A DNA stretch of 62,617 bases, the filler included. It is 7 parts of 7 records of this genome, joined end to end, with 100 filler letters (N's around TTAATTAATTAA, not from the genome) between each part and the next. Parts side by side here need not be neighbours in the genome. Positions count along the whole stretch, not along the records: positions 1 to 15,481 come from DRR723986_6667; positions 15,582 to 24,211 come from DRR723986_6677; 5 more parts are not named here. One strand, 5' to 3'. Below the pieces are notes generated by a model. The model was not told the DNA's origin. It saw only the letters and a program-made list of their open reading frames with translations, and made no database searches. Shown in pieces: positions 10,411 to 20,274 of this stretch; position 1 is the first letter of the stretch; each line of letters begins with the position of its first letter. Both the position numbers and the translations under genes were made by a program.

Positions 10411-10712
10411 GAGAGAACCGGTACGTTTGATGCGAAAACTGAGGAAGGACGCTGGACCAAACCTCATTTCTTTACTGCCAAATGTATCTGTGGTTCGCTC
10501 TGCGGCGAAGCCGTATTTGCCCGCATTCTTAGTATCCTGAAGTGCCGCGAATTTGGTGGGGCAGTCCGGCTGTTTGGCACATATTCGGGCCGGCTGAGGG
10601 CATTTTCACTCCCGATGCAAGCCTGTTCAGGTGCTGCCGCCGCACTCAGCACCCCGAGAATTATTATTTTTGTGGATTGTGTTGTTCGACTCTCTCTCCA
10701 AGAACATATGCC

Positions 10713-12209
10713 ATGCCCGCAAAAGCTTCAACCGACCTGTTTGACCTTATCAAGTCGCTGGATACCGGTGAAAAACGCTATTTCAAGTTGCAGGCCCAGC
10801 TCCAGAAGGGCGCCAAGAAATACCTGGATTTGTTCGATGCGATCGACAAACAGGAAGAATACAATGAGGCCCGCATTCGCGAGCGGTTCAGTGACGAGCC
10901 TTTTGTACGCCAGCTCTCGGTGACTAAAAACTATCTCTACAATCAAATTCTGGACGCGCTCGACGCCTACATTGCCGACCCGGCGCTGGAGGTGCGAAGA
11001 CTCACGCATAAAGCCGAAATTTTGATTAACAGGAGCTTGCTGGAACAGGCGGCCAAAGTCTTAAAACGCGCGCATGAGGCCGCCGATAAGGGCGAGTATT
11101 TTTCCGAGTTATTCCCGATTTTCGCGCTGGAACTGCGTCTGGAGTTTGAGACGGCGCGCGAGTACTCAGGCATGTTTGAAGTTTGCCAAGGCCTGCAGGC
11201 GCAGATCGAGACAACAATCGAGCAGCTTCGCAATCTTTGTCAGTACAGTTTTGGTGTCTCCAAATACAGCTTTATCTATAAGGATGCCTATCGCAGGATG
11301 TCCAGAGAGGAAGTTGATGCCAAAGTCGAAGCGCTGCTGGAAGATCCCTTACTCAAAGATCCGCAGCGACCACTTTCACGGCGGGCACGCGCATTTTATC
11401 ACGAGACGCGCGGACGCATTTTCCTCACAATCGGGCGCCATCTGGATGGAATTGAGGAAGACATTCGGGTGGTTGAAAATGATGGTCAGAATCTGGAGAT
11501 TGCCGGTGTTGAAAATTACATCGTCGGCATTCACAATCTGGCTACCAGCTGTATTGCTGCGGCGCGATTCGACGTTCTGCCCGGACTTATTGACCGTCTG
11601 GAAGAGCTGGCTGCCAACCGCACGTATTCGCGACCGGGGCGCATTCAGGCACGCATTCAATACTCAATCGATTTCTGCCGCATGTATCACATGTTGGGCA
11701 CCGGCGAGTTTGGCAATCGTGACTATAGTGACGTCCATCAACATCTGGATAACTTCCGCGAACTGGTTGGTGACCGGCGCACGTCAAAAATATTGGTGCC
11801 TTTAACGGTTCTGCACATGCATGTTAAGCAGTACGATCACGCTTTACACCACGCCATGCAATTTCTGAATGATACGTCTCCGGCAATTCTGCGCGATTTT
11901 CACGTTGTGATGCGCATGTGTGCTCTGGTGTGCCTCTATGAATCTGGTGAGGTAATGGCCGTTGAACATGGACTAAAAGCACTTAAACGATTTACAAATC
12001 ACCCGACGATGTCAACCGAATACGAACAAAAAATGTTTAAAATGCTGTACCGCCTTGTGCGTGTTAAATCAACACCGGAAGAAGGCGAAGCCTTCGCGGA
12101 TGTTAACGCATCCATGAATGAGTTATTCGAGCGGCAGAGTGGTTATGCAGTTGTATTGTTAAGATTCTTCCGCGACTGGGTGGCTGAAAAACATGCACAA
12201 TTTTCTTGA
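10713..12209 (+). CDS. Uncharacterised ~500-aa alpha-helical (TPR-like) protein, paralogue 1, possible regulator
   Basis: N-terminus DLFDLIKSLDTGEKRYFKL...YLDLFDAI..Q...KNYLYNQILDAL is shared with 13773-15299. Confidence 0.8.
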   Translation: MPAKASTDLFDLIKSLDTGEKRYFKLQAQLQKGAKKYLDLFDAIDKQEEYNEARIRERFSDEPFVRQLSVTKNYLYNQILDALDAYIADPALEVRRLTHKAEILINRSLLEQAAKVLKRAHEAADKGEYFSELFPIFALELRLEFETAREYSGMFEVCQGLQAQIETTIEQLRNLCQYSFGVSKYSFIYKDAYRRMSREEVDAKVEALLEDPLLKDPQRPLSRRARAFYHETRGRIFLTIGRHLDGIEEDIRVVENDGQNLEIAGVENYIVGIHNLATSCIAAARFDVLPGLIDRLEELAANRTYSRPGRIQARIQYSIDFCRMYHMLGTGEFGNRDYSDVHQHLDNFRELVGDRRTSKILVPLTVLHMHVKQYDHALHHAMQFLNDTSPAILRDFHVVMRMCALVCLYESGEVMAVEHGLKALKRFTNHPTMSTEYEQKMFKMLYRLVRVKSTPEEGEAFADVNASMNELFERQSGYAVVLLRFFRDWVAEKHAQFS

Positions 12210-12337
12210 GTTCTGAGCACTTCGCCGTCGCAGATTCCGGCTTGTTTTTTTACTCTTGTTAGGCATTGAGACAAAAAACAAAAGCCGCTGAGTGACAAGT
12301 ATTTTTGTCGCTCAGCGGCCAAGCAAAAAGTCAAAAA
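12209..12337 (+). repeat. Conserved non-coding element copy 1 (contains a 15-bp hairpin at 12284-12319)
   Basis: Shares CACTTCGCCGTC, TTCCGGCTTGTTT, CTCTTGTTAG.CATTGA and C.CTCAGCG(G)CCAA.CAAAAA..TCAAAA with 15334-15458. Confidence 0.85.
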
Positions 12338-12440
12338 TCTGGCCAAAGTCAATCAGCGTCCAACAAGCCAAATCAGTCGCTCTACCTGCATTGATCTGGC
12401 GCGCGGCGTTCAAGAGTGAGCCGTGCCAGGGACTAAAAGT

Positions 12441-12902
12441 TTAACAATCCGGTCCCGCTCCAACATTCTCCCAGGTAACATGTGGGTCTTCCAACCAAAT
12501 TGTGCCGATGGTCCACTCGCTGGGCGGCAAACAACTGTCCTGACTTCCGGGCGTCGTAGCGTAACTTACTATTAAGCGGTGCGGTTTGTTGGGCGGATGT
12601 ATTTGTCCGCCAGGGTCTGCAAAAGGCTCAAACTCCCGTATTATCAGGAGACAAAATTGATCATCTGCAATGCCTGAAGCTACTTTCCAGCTTTTGCCGG
12701 GCACTATGTTAAACATCTGGAGCTCGCTGCCGATGCTCACTCGAATATGCGCTGCCCACTCCACCGGCAAGGGATTCTCAGTCGTTGAGTTCTCAGGATC
12801 TTGCTTGGAGTTTGAGTGCTTTGGTGATGGTAACTCCGGACTCATAGCCCATACTTCACCGGCTATAAAAATCGGCCCAGCCTTGTAGTATTGGATTGCC
12901 AT
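12441..12902 (-). CDS. Hypothetical protein
   Basis: 153-aa ORF with AAGGAG SD upstream. Confidence 0.6.
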   Translation of the reverse strand: MAIQYYKAGPIFIAGEVWAMSPELPSPKHSNSKQDPENSTTENPLPVEWAAHIRVSIGSELQMFNIVPGKSWKVASGIADDQFCLLIIREFEPFADPGGQIHPPNKPHRLIVSYATTPGSQDSCLPPSEWTIGTIWLEDPHVTWENVGAGPDC

Positions 12903-13082
12903 ACTGATACTCCTTCTTGAGATATGTTAAAATGGTCAGTAGAGGAAGTCTACATACTGAATGTAAGCTAAAAACCTGAACAGGCATAGTCCACACTCGC
13001 AAACAAACCTGGGGCTGTCGGCCGCCGGTGGCGGACAAAATCATGCGACACCGGTGGCACAACAGGGCCCGGAGGAGGTGGA

Positions 13083-13382
13083 TCAGACACTAATTGCAAT
13101 ATATCCAATCGTTTCTTCTTTGTGTTTGCCGTCAGAGAGTGGTCCACCATTGGATACCAATTCGTTCATACGCACCAGAAAGCCGTTCGGGGTAACGTCT
13201 GAAATGCGCAGGCCCGGCGTATTGCCACCTACAAAAGTTTGCACCATTGGAATGACGACAACATTTGCTGAAGCTGGGAAAGGGCTTGGGAATGAGACGT
13301 TAACAAAAGTGCTTGTGTCTTTGCCTGCAGCGCTTGGACTGTTTGAGTCAAGCTGAAAAGTACCGGATTGCATAAGAGACAT
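13083..13382 (-). CDS. Small stand-alone H-type-lectin-like beta-sandwich protein
   Basis: V.FPSPF....VVV......TPGLRISDVTPNGF.VR.......IGYIAI pattern; GGAG SD. Confidence 0.55.
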   Translation of the reverse strand: MSLMQSGTFQLDSNSPSAAGKDTSTFVNVSFPSPFPASANVVVIPMVQTFVGGNTPGLRISDVTPNGFLVRMNELVSNGGPLSDGKHKEETIGYIAISV

Positions 13383-13772
13383 AATTACTCTCCAAATTTC
13401 AATGAAAAAACTTTGCTTTCGGTATGCAGCCGCCGGTAATGTTGTGGGCCCATGATTGTACAGACATTACTTTGCGACCGTCTACTCGATTTGACAGCTG
13501 CAATCAAAGGTTTGTGCAAACCATGAGCGAACCAGATTTGAACACAGTTTTAAGCGCATGATCTGCTAATTTGCCGGTAGACTGGGCTTCGGTAATCTTG
13601 TAAGTACTTGACAAACAACAAGTTGGCGGCTGGCGTGCCGGCGCTGCACGCTAAGCGCTTGAGCCACAAAATTTTGTGGTTAATCCGCTGAATTTGATAT
13701 TTTCAGTCTGACTCCAGTAGATCTTGGTTCCTAAAAATCCGATCAGATCGACCGGTGCTGCCCACAACAACT

Positions 13773-15299
13773 ATGATAGCAAGCGATGATCTTTTTCAGC
13801 TGATTCACTCCATGACCGGCGTGGAAAAACGGCAGTTTAAACTGTTTGCAGCCCAAAAGGCGCATAAACGCAACAGTAACTACACGAAACTTTTTGACGT
13901 CCTCAACTCCATGACTGAGTGGGATAAACAGACTCTGTTTAAGCGTCTGAAACACACACAGTTTCGCAAACACCTGGCCACCACCAAGAATCAACTTTAT
14001 CACCTGATTCTGGAAAGTCTTAGTCAGCGGCGGGATCAAGAATCCAATATTCAACAGTTGATCAACAAAGCCGAAGTCTTGTTTAACCACGGACTGTTCA
14101 AACAGTCTGCGGCACTCAGTGAAAAGGCGCTGCTGCACGCCCGCAAATATGAACAACTCATTCAGGAACTGGCTTGCCTGCGCTTGCAACGCCTCCTGTT
14201 TTTTACGCTGGAAGTCGAAGATGTTGACCACAAGATGAAAGAGCTGCTCGCGCTGGAACGTCAGGTCACGCAGCGACTGAGCAACGAAAGTGAATTTCGC
14301 CATCTGTACAGTCAGGTTGTTCTGCTGTCCAAAACCATGCGCATCGCTGCCAAGCCGGAGCTGCGCGCGGCCCTCGAAGATTTAATGTCTAATAGTCTGG
14401 TGCAAAACGCCAGCAAAGCTCTGACGTTTAACGCGCGGCGTGACTACTTCCGGATTCACGTCAGTTGCTCAATGGTTCTTGGCAAAAGTGAAAATGCCTG
14501 GGCGCAACAAAATAACTTACTGGCGCTATGGGATGTTAACCCACTAATGCGCGAATTCCTGGCCCTGGAGTACAAACGCGATTTGCGCAATTCTCTACAA
14601 CTCTGCGTGCAGACCAGGCGATTTCCTGCAGCTCTGGCGCTGGCAGCTAAAATAGAGGAACTACCGCCGCTTTCGGCCGGCGAAGCCGCAGATACCGCAC
14701 GCAGCCTGGTGCAGTTTCGCTTGTTTTACTACTTGCAGCAAGGTTCGTTTGCCGAAGCCATGCAGGAAATTGGAACTATTGAAGACATGTTAAACAAACA
14801 TGCGGGGCGCATGCCGCTTGAAGCGCTCCTGGGATTTTACTTCAATATTGCGGTGTTGTACTTTTTTAACGCGGACTTTCACGGCACAATTGCCTGGACA
14901 TCCAAAATTACTGAACACCTCGGCAGTGACTATCGCGTAGACCTGCAAATAGCCGGGCAGGTATTACTGCTCGTGGCACACTACGAATGCGCCGATTTTA
15001 TCTACCTGGAATCGCTCATACGCTCAATTCGCCGCAAACGTAAAAAAACGGATATCTCAGAATTTGAGCTTTTGATTTTACAGCTCTTAACGGATCTTGC
15101 GGCCGCCACAGAAAATGCGAAACGACAAATCTTTGTGGAAACTCATTCAAGGCTGGCCAAACTCGCCCAAGCATCATCAGCAGGCAATATCTCCGGTCTC
15201 ACGGAATTGCAATTCTGGATGGAGAGTAAACTGCAAAATATCAGTTTAACAGAACTACTTCGCGCCAAAGTCTCCGTCAAACCCACACAAAATGATTAA
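13773..15299 (+). CDS. Uncharacterised ~500-aa alpha-helical (TPR-like) protein, paralogue 2
   Basis: SDDLFQLIHSMTGVEKRQFKLF...YTKLFDVL...KNQLYHLILESL...LINKAEVLFNHGLF aligns with 10713-12209. Confidence 0.8.
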   Translation: MIASDDLFQLIHSMTGVEKRQFKLFAAQKAHKRNSNYTKLFDVLNSMTEWDKQTLFKRLKHTQFRKHLATTKNQLYHLILESLSQRRDQESNIQQLINKAEVLFNHGLFKQSAALSEKALLHARKYEQLIQELACLRLQRLLFFTLEVEDVDHKMKELLALERQVTQRLSNESEFRHLYSQVVLLSKTMRIAAKPELRAALEDLMSNSLVQNASKALTFNARRDYFRIHVSCSMVLGKSENAWAQQNNLLALWDVNPLMREFLALEYKRDLRNSLQLCVQTRRFPAALALAAKIEELPPLSAGEAADTARSLVQFRLFYYLQQGSFAEAMQEIGTIEDMLNKHAGRMPLEALLGFYFNIAVLYFFNADFHGTIAWTSKITEHLGSDYRVDLQIAGQVLLLVAHYECADFIYLESLIRSIRRKRKKTDISEFELLILQLLTDLAAATENAKRQIFVETHSRLAKLAQASSAGNISGLTELQFWMESKLQNISLTELLRAKVSVKPTQND

Positions 15300-15333
15300 G
15301 TCTGCATATGACGGTTTTACAGGCGGCAAGTTT

Positions 15334-15458
15334 AGTCCAGAACACTTCGCCGTCATACTTCCGGCTTGTTTCTTGCTCTTGTTAGTCATTGATTTATACG
15401 TTTAGACCCTCTCATGGCCAATGTTCTTAGCACTCAGCGCCAAACAAAAAACTCAAAA
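15334..15458 (+). repeat. Conserved non-coding element copy 2
   Basis: Same conserved blocks and spacing as 12209-12337. Confidence 0.85.
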
Positions 15459-15481
15459 GGCAAGCCCGGCCGCAGGCAAGC

Positions 15482-15581
15482 NNNNNNNNNNNNNNNNNNN
15501 NNNNNNNNNNNNNNNNNNNNNNNNNTTAATTAATTAANNNNNNNNNNNNNNNNNNNNNNNNNNNNNNNNNNNNNNNNNNNN
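15482..15581. other. Artificial contig spacer (also at 24212-24311, 31582-31681, 40040-40139, 47456-47555, 53302-53401)
   Basis: N44-TTAATTAATTAA-N44 six-frame-stop linker; genes are cut at each junction. Confidence 0.99.
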
Positions 15582-16883
15582 ACGCAGGTTCGCCTCGACC
15601 ATTTCCTTCTTCGCGATACGTGCCTCGCGCTCGCCCTTCTGCACCATTGCAACGATGCGGCGGAATTCGGTGATTTCGAGCCCGGTTTCGGTGGCCAGCG
15701 TCTGGATGTCCTGACGCAGCTCGCGAACGGTTTCCTTTTCCTTCGCGATGAAGTTTTTCCAGCCACGTGTGGAAAGATTGGCAACCTTGCGCAGCCAGTT
15801 CGGGTCGAGCTCGGCACCCTGATACTGCTTCAGGAAGTCCGTGCGGTCGACATTGTAGCTGTCGGCCAGACGCAGCAGACGGCCTTCATAGCCCATCAGG
15901 CGCTTGTTGATGTCATAGAGCTGGGCAACCAGGGCGTCGATACGGTTCTGGTTGAGCGACAGGCTCTTCACATCAACGATGATGTCTTCTTTCAGCTTCT
16001 TGTAGCGGCGCTCCTGGCTTGGCGACAGGGTCTTGTTGGCCAGCTTGTTTTCCACCAGCTGATCCTGCAGGCGGCGAAGCTTCTTGTAGTTGTCGGCGAT
16101 GTTGTCAAAGGTTTCCAGGACGCCCGGCTTCAGCTCGGCTTCCATCGCGGACAGGGAAACGTTGGATTCAAACTCGTCGTCGTCATCCTCGCCGTCGCCG
16201 TCTTCGCTTTCGTTTTCGGTGTCTTCAGACGCACCGCCGGAGTTTTCCGAATTGCCTTCGCCCGGCGCCACATCGTCATTGGCAACGGCCGGGCCGGCCT
16301 TGGCATCAGGGCCGGCATAGGTTGCTTCCAGATCGATAATGTCGCGCAGAAGAACCTGGGCTTCGTTCAACTCGTCACGCCAGATGATGATGGCCTGGAA
16401 GGTCAGCGGGCTTTCGCAAAGACCCGCAATCATCGCCTCGCGGCCAGCCTCGATGCGCTTGGCAATCGCGATTTCGCCTTCACGCGACAGGAGCTCGACC
16501 GAGCCCATCTCGCGCAGATACATGCGCACGGGATCGTCGGTGCGGTCGGCGGGCTCTTTCGTGGTGCTCTTGGCAAGTGCCGTCGTGCTTGCGGCAACCA
16601 GATCGCCGCCATCGACTTCTTCCGGGCCTTCTTCGGCTTCGTCGGAATCGATCACATTGATGCCCATATCGGAAAGCATGGACATGGTGTCTTCGATCTT
16701 TTCCGAAGACACCTGCTCCGAGGGCAGAACCTCGTTCAGTTCATCATAGGTGACATAGCCGCGTTTCTTGGCGGCTTTGATCATCTTTTTGACAGCGGCA
16801 TCCGACAGGTCCAGCAGAGGGCCGTCAGGGCCGTCCGTGCTCTGCTCCTGTGTGTCGTCTGCTTGTGTCGCTTTGGCTACCAT
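15582..16883 (-). CDS. rpoD: RNA polymerase sigma-70 factor, 3'-truncated
   Basis: Region 1.1 KKRGYVTYDELNEVLP, region 1.2 RTDDPVRMYLREMGSVELLSREGE, start of region 2 AKKEMVEANLR. Confidence 0.98.
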
Positions 16884-17021
16884 ATCGTGCTCCAGTTCGC
16901 GGCCGGTCCGGCCACGCCGCGCCCTTTGTTTGGCTTCAACCCAATTCACCCCCAGCGCGCCAGCATGTGGTGCGGCGGCGTCTGAAAGAATCACTGCGGT
17001 TAGGTTTGTAAGCCGTGTCCC

Positions 17022-17037
17022 TTAAGTCCCAATTAAC
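17022..17037 (+). promoter_or_regulatory. CtrA box upstream of rpoD
   Basis: TTAA-gtcccaa-TTAAC is an exact TTAA-N7-TTAAC match. Confidence 0.7.
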
Positions 17038-17413
17038 CGTACACTTTTCGACATTGGCATATTTCAGCATCGACGCAGCACACGGCCTTTTCTGTCGGCA
17101 TCCGGAAACGGATGCGTAAAAGGTGTTCGTTCGGGTTGCAGCTATATTAAGACTTTTGCCGCGAGCAGGCTTGAAAGCTCCGGCGCTTGAGGGCTGCAAA
17201 GGTTCTATTTAGCTCGGCTCACGCGATTCGCAAGTGTGATTCGTCACCGGTCAATTGGAAAATGCCATTTTTGTGCTCCTGCGCACACCAAAGAGGGCAT
17301 TTTCAGGCCCAATGCCGGTTCGTCGCCAGAAAACGGGTCGCTGCTCCAAAAGTTCCCTTTTCCGGAACTGAAGGTCCACACATCCTCGTTTAAGCCACCG
17401 GCAAGCCATTCCG

Positions 17414-19360
17414 TCAATGAGCTGCCACGGCCACAGGAGGTGCCGTGCGGATCTTTTTGGCACGCTCGGCAAGGTCGGCTTCATCGCGCGCACATTCCTC
17501 TCGCCTCCGGCTGAGGTCCTGCGTCAGGGCCTGGATGCGCATCCAGGAATTCTCATCAAGCTGCTCGTCCGCGGTAGCAAGCTCGGTGGAGAGTTCGTCT
17601 TCCAGCGCATTGAGCTCCAGGACATCGAGAAAGTGCAGATAGGCCGCTTCGATGAAATCCTCCGGCGGGTTGGATTTCAGAAGCGGGAAGCGATGGATCA
17701 GCGCGGAAAACTCCGCACCACGTTGCTGCTGCATGCCGATGGTTTCGAGCATCATTTCGCCCATGATGTTCCGAAGCGGCTCCTCGAATGCGCTGGTCAG
17801 GTCGGAAATGGGCGTCGCTTCCAGATCATCGACGATCCGGCACAAAATGTCCCGCAATTGTCTGTGGAGGTCATTGGCAAAAGGCAACCTGGAAAACCGC
17901 TCGAAGTTCCTGTCGAGCAGATGCGGGAAGCGCATGCTCAAACCGAGCACCAGCCGTTCCGTGCCGAAATCGTGGCTGGCAGCAACCCGTTCGCGTGCCG
18001 TGCCGAGCGGAGACGCCGCATCGGCTGAACCACCACCCTTGCCACCCTTGCCCCCCTGCCGGGACTGGCGTGCCTGCTCGAAGAACAGGTTCGACAGCTT
18101 GAACTTGAGATCGAGCTGATACCGTCGACGCACCCGCTCGTCGCGAATGGTGGCAATCAGATCATCGAACCGCTTTTCCAGTGCCGCCTTGCGTTCAGGC
18201 GTATCGAGTCGTGAAACGGAAATCTCCCGCTCCCAGACCACATCGAACAGGGACTGTGCCCGTTCGACTTCGTCATGAAAGCCTGCCACCCCGCGCTGCT
18301 TGATGAGGTCATCGGGGTCCATGCTGTCAGGCAGGAAGCAGAACTGGAACGAATAGCCGCTCTTAAGCACCGGAAAGATCCGGTCGATGGCGCGATGTGC
18401 TGCCGAAACACCTGCCGCGTCGCCGTCAAAGCAGATCACCGGTTCGGGAGCGAATTTCCAGAGCCGCACCACCTGATCTTCGGTAAAGGCCGTACCCAAG
18501 GACGCGACCACATGGTGAATGCCCGCCTGCCAGAGGGCGATCGCATCTAGATAGCCCTCCACCACCACTGCCTCGCTGCTTTTGAAGGCGGGTTCGCGTG
18601 CGCGATGGGCATTGAACAGCATGACACCCTTGTGAAACAGGGGTGTTTCCGGCGAGTTCAGATATTTCGGCTGACCGTCCGGAGACAGGGTCCGTCCGCC
18701 AAAGGCGACCACCCGGCCACGGTCATCCTGGATCGGGATCATCAAACGTCCGCGGAACCGGTCGTAGGACGGGCGCCCGTCTTCCGGCTTGATGATGAGC
18801 CCTGCCTCGATCATTGAAGCTTCCGGGATCTCGCGCGCTGCAAGATATCCCTTCAGCGCATCGCGGCTTTCAGGCGCAAACCCGAACCGGAACTCGCGCA
18901 GCGTATCGGGCGTCAGGCCGCGTTTTTGCGTATAGGCACGGGCGGTGTCGCCACGAGGGCCCGCGAACTCGGCCTGAAAGAACTGCGCCGCCATTTCGCA
19001 GATATCGGCAAGCCCGGCCCGCTTCTTCTCGCGCCGCGCCGCCTGGGGATCGGGCGCAGGCAGACCGACGCCTGACTGTTCGGCAAGGCGTTCGACGGCC
19101 TCAGGAAAGCTCAGCCCTTCGGTTTCACACAGGAACGTAAAATGATCACCGGACGCACCGCAGCCAAAACATTTGTATCGGTTACGGCGATCGTCGACGT
19201 GAAAACTTGGGCTCTTTTCCTGGTGAAACGGGCAACACGCCCAATAGTCGCCCTTGCCCGGCTGCGTCTTGCGCCTGTCCCAGGTCACACGCCGCCCGAC
19301 AACATCCGACAAGGTCAGACGGGCACGAATTTCATCGAGTAGGCGCGGTTCGAAACGCAT
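17414..19360 (-). CDS. dnaG: DNA primase
   Basis: CPFHQEKSPSF..YKCFGC zinc finger, KYLNSPET, TOPRIM VVEGYLD and CFDGD.AG. Confidence 0.98.
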   Translation of the reverse strand: MRFEPRLLDEIRARLTLSDVVGRRVTWDRRKTQPGKGDYWACCPFHQEKSPSFHVDDRRNRYKCFGCGASGDHFTFLCETEGLSFPEAVERLAEQSGVGLPAPDPQAARREKKRAGLADICEMAAQFFQAEFAGPRGDTARAYTQKRGLTPDTLREFRFGFAPESRDALKGYLAAREIPEASMIEAGLIIKPEDGRPSYDRFRGRLMIPIQDDRGRVVAFGGRTLSPDGQPKYLNSPETPLFHKGVMLFNAHRAREPAFKSSEAVVVEGYLDAIALWQAGIHHVVASLGTAFTEDQVVRLWKFAPEPVICFDGDAAGVSAAHRAIDRIFPVLKSGYSFQFCFLPDSMDPDDLIKQRGVAGFHDEVERAQSLFDVVWEREISVSRLDTPERKAALEKRFDDLIATIRDERVRRRYQLDLKFKLSNLFFEQARQSRQGGKGGKGGGSADAASPLGTARERVAASHDFGTERLVLGLSMRFPHLLDRNFERFSRLPFANDLHRQLRDILCRIVDDLEATPISDLTSAFEEPLRNIMGEMMLETIGMQQQRGAEFSALIHRFPLLKSNPPEDFIEAAYLHFLDVLELNALEDELSTELATADEQLDENSWMRIQALTQDLSRRREECARDEADLAERAKKIRTAPPVAVAAH

Positions 19361-19534
19361 GGAACAGTGTACGGGTCCGGATTACAGAAAACGGCAACCT
19401 GCCATCGGCACATTCGGGCGCCGCCGGTCAGTCCGCCAAAATAGAATGTCTTGAAGGTCGTTTCCAGTGGTGCCGGGCCTCATGCCCGGCTTCTGGAAGA
19501 TTTTTGCATCAGCCTCACCGGCTGCAACAGCGGC

Positions 19535-20041
19535 TCAGTCCTGTTTACCAGTCCCGGTGCTGCCCTGTTCACCACCGTCAGCCCGTAACATGTCCTTCAC
19601 CAGGCAGGACGCCTGCACGAAGTCCATTTTCCCGGGATAACGGCTCTTCAGTTCGTTCATGCAGCGGCCGATGTCACGCAGACCATGCGCGTCGATATCC
19701 TTGACCGTCTCTTCGCAGATCTTCTGCATTTCCTCGTCGCTGAGCTGAACGGGCAGAAATTCACGGATGATTTCCTGCTCTTCGCGCTCCTGCTCGGCCA
19801 GGTCGAGCTGTCCGCTGCTTTCGAACTCTTCCGCGGAAGTTTCCCGCTGACGGATCATTTTTTGAAGGATCTCAATCACTTCGGTTTCGTTGACGCCGTC
19901 CTTGCCGTTTTCACGGGCAGCAGCCTCACGGTCCTTCACAGCGGTCTGCACCAGACGCAACGTGGCGCACCTGCGCTTGTCGCCTTCGTCCTGTGCCGCT
20001 TTCAGGGCAGCGTTGATTCTTTCGCGCATCACATCGCGCAT
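19535..20041 (-). CDS. GatB/YqeY domain protein
   Basis: MRERINAALKAA...TLRLV..A.KDRE...LQKMIRQRE...FLP.QLS..E pattern; conserved position upstream of dnaG. Confidence 0.9.
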   Translation of the reverse strand: MRDVMRERINAALKAAQDEGDKRRCATLRLVQTAVKDREAAARENGKDGVNETEVIEILQKMIRQRETSAEEFESSGQLDLAEQEREEQEIIREFLPVQLSDEEMQKICEETVKDIDAHGLRDIGRCMNELKSRYPGKMDFVQASCLVKDMLRADGGEQGSTGTGKQD

Positions 20042-20274
20042 GGTTCACCCCACCCCTGCCGCGCTGAGGCCCGGCGCTCAGGGGCGCCATTCCATTTTCT
20101 CAGCCAAGCCATTGAATTTTAAAGATCTTTTTTCAGAGGATCAATATTGACGATCCAAGCCGCTTCCCATAGAGTCCCGCGCTTAATGCAGGCGGCCTTT
20201 TGCGGGCTTTCCAGCCCGCCGCAGACGCCCTTCCTGCAGCGCATGATGTCACCAACAAGATCTGGAAACAAGAC

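Noticed and set aside
13601-13625. TAAGTACTTGACA and similar YAA-N4-TTGAW motifs (also ~15382, ~20105, ~37829)
   Set aside because: They resemble generic IHF-type sites; too short and degenerate to support a specific claim.
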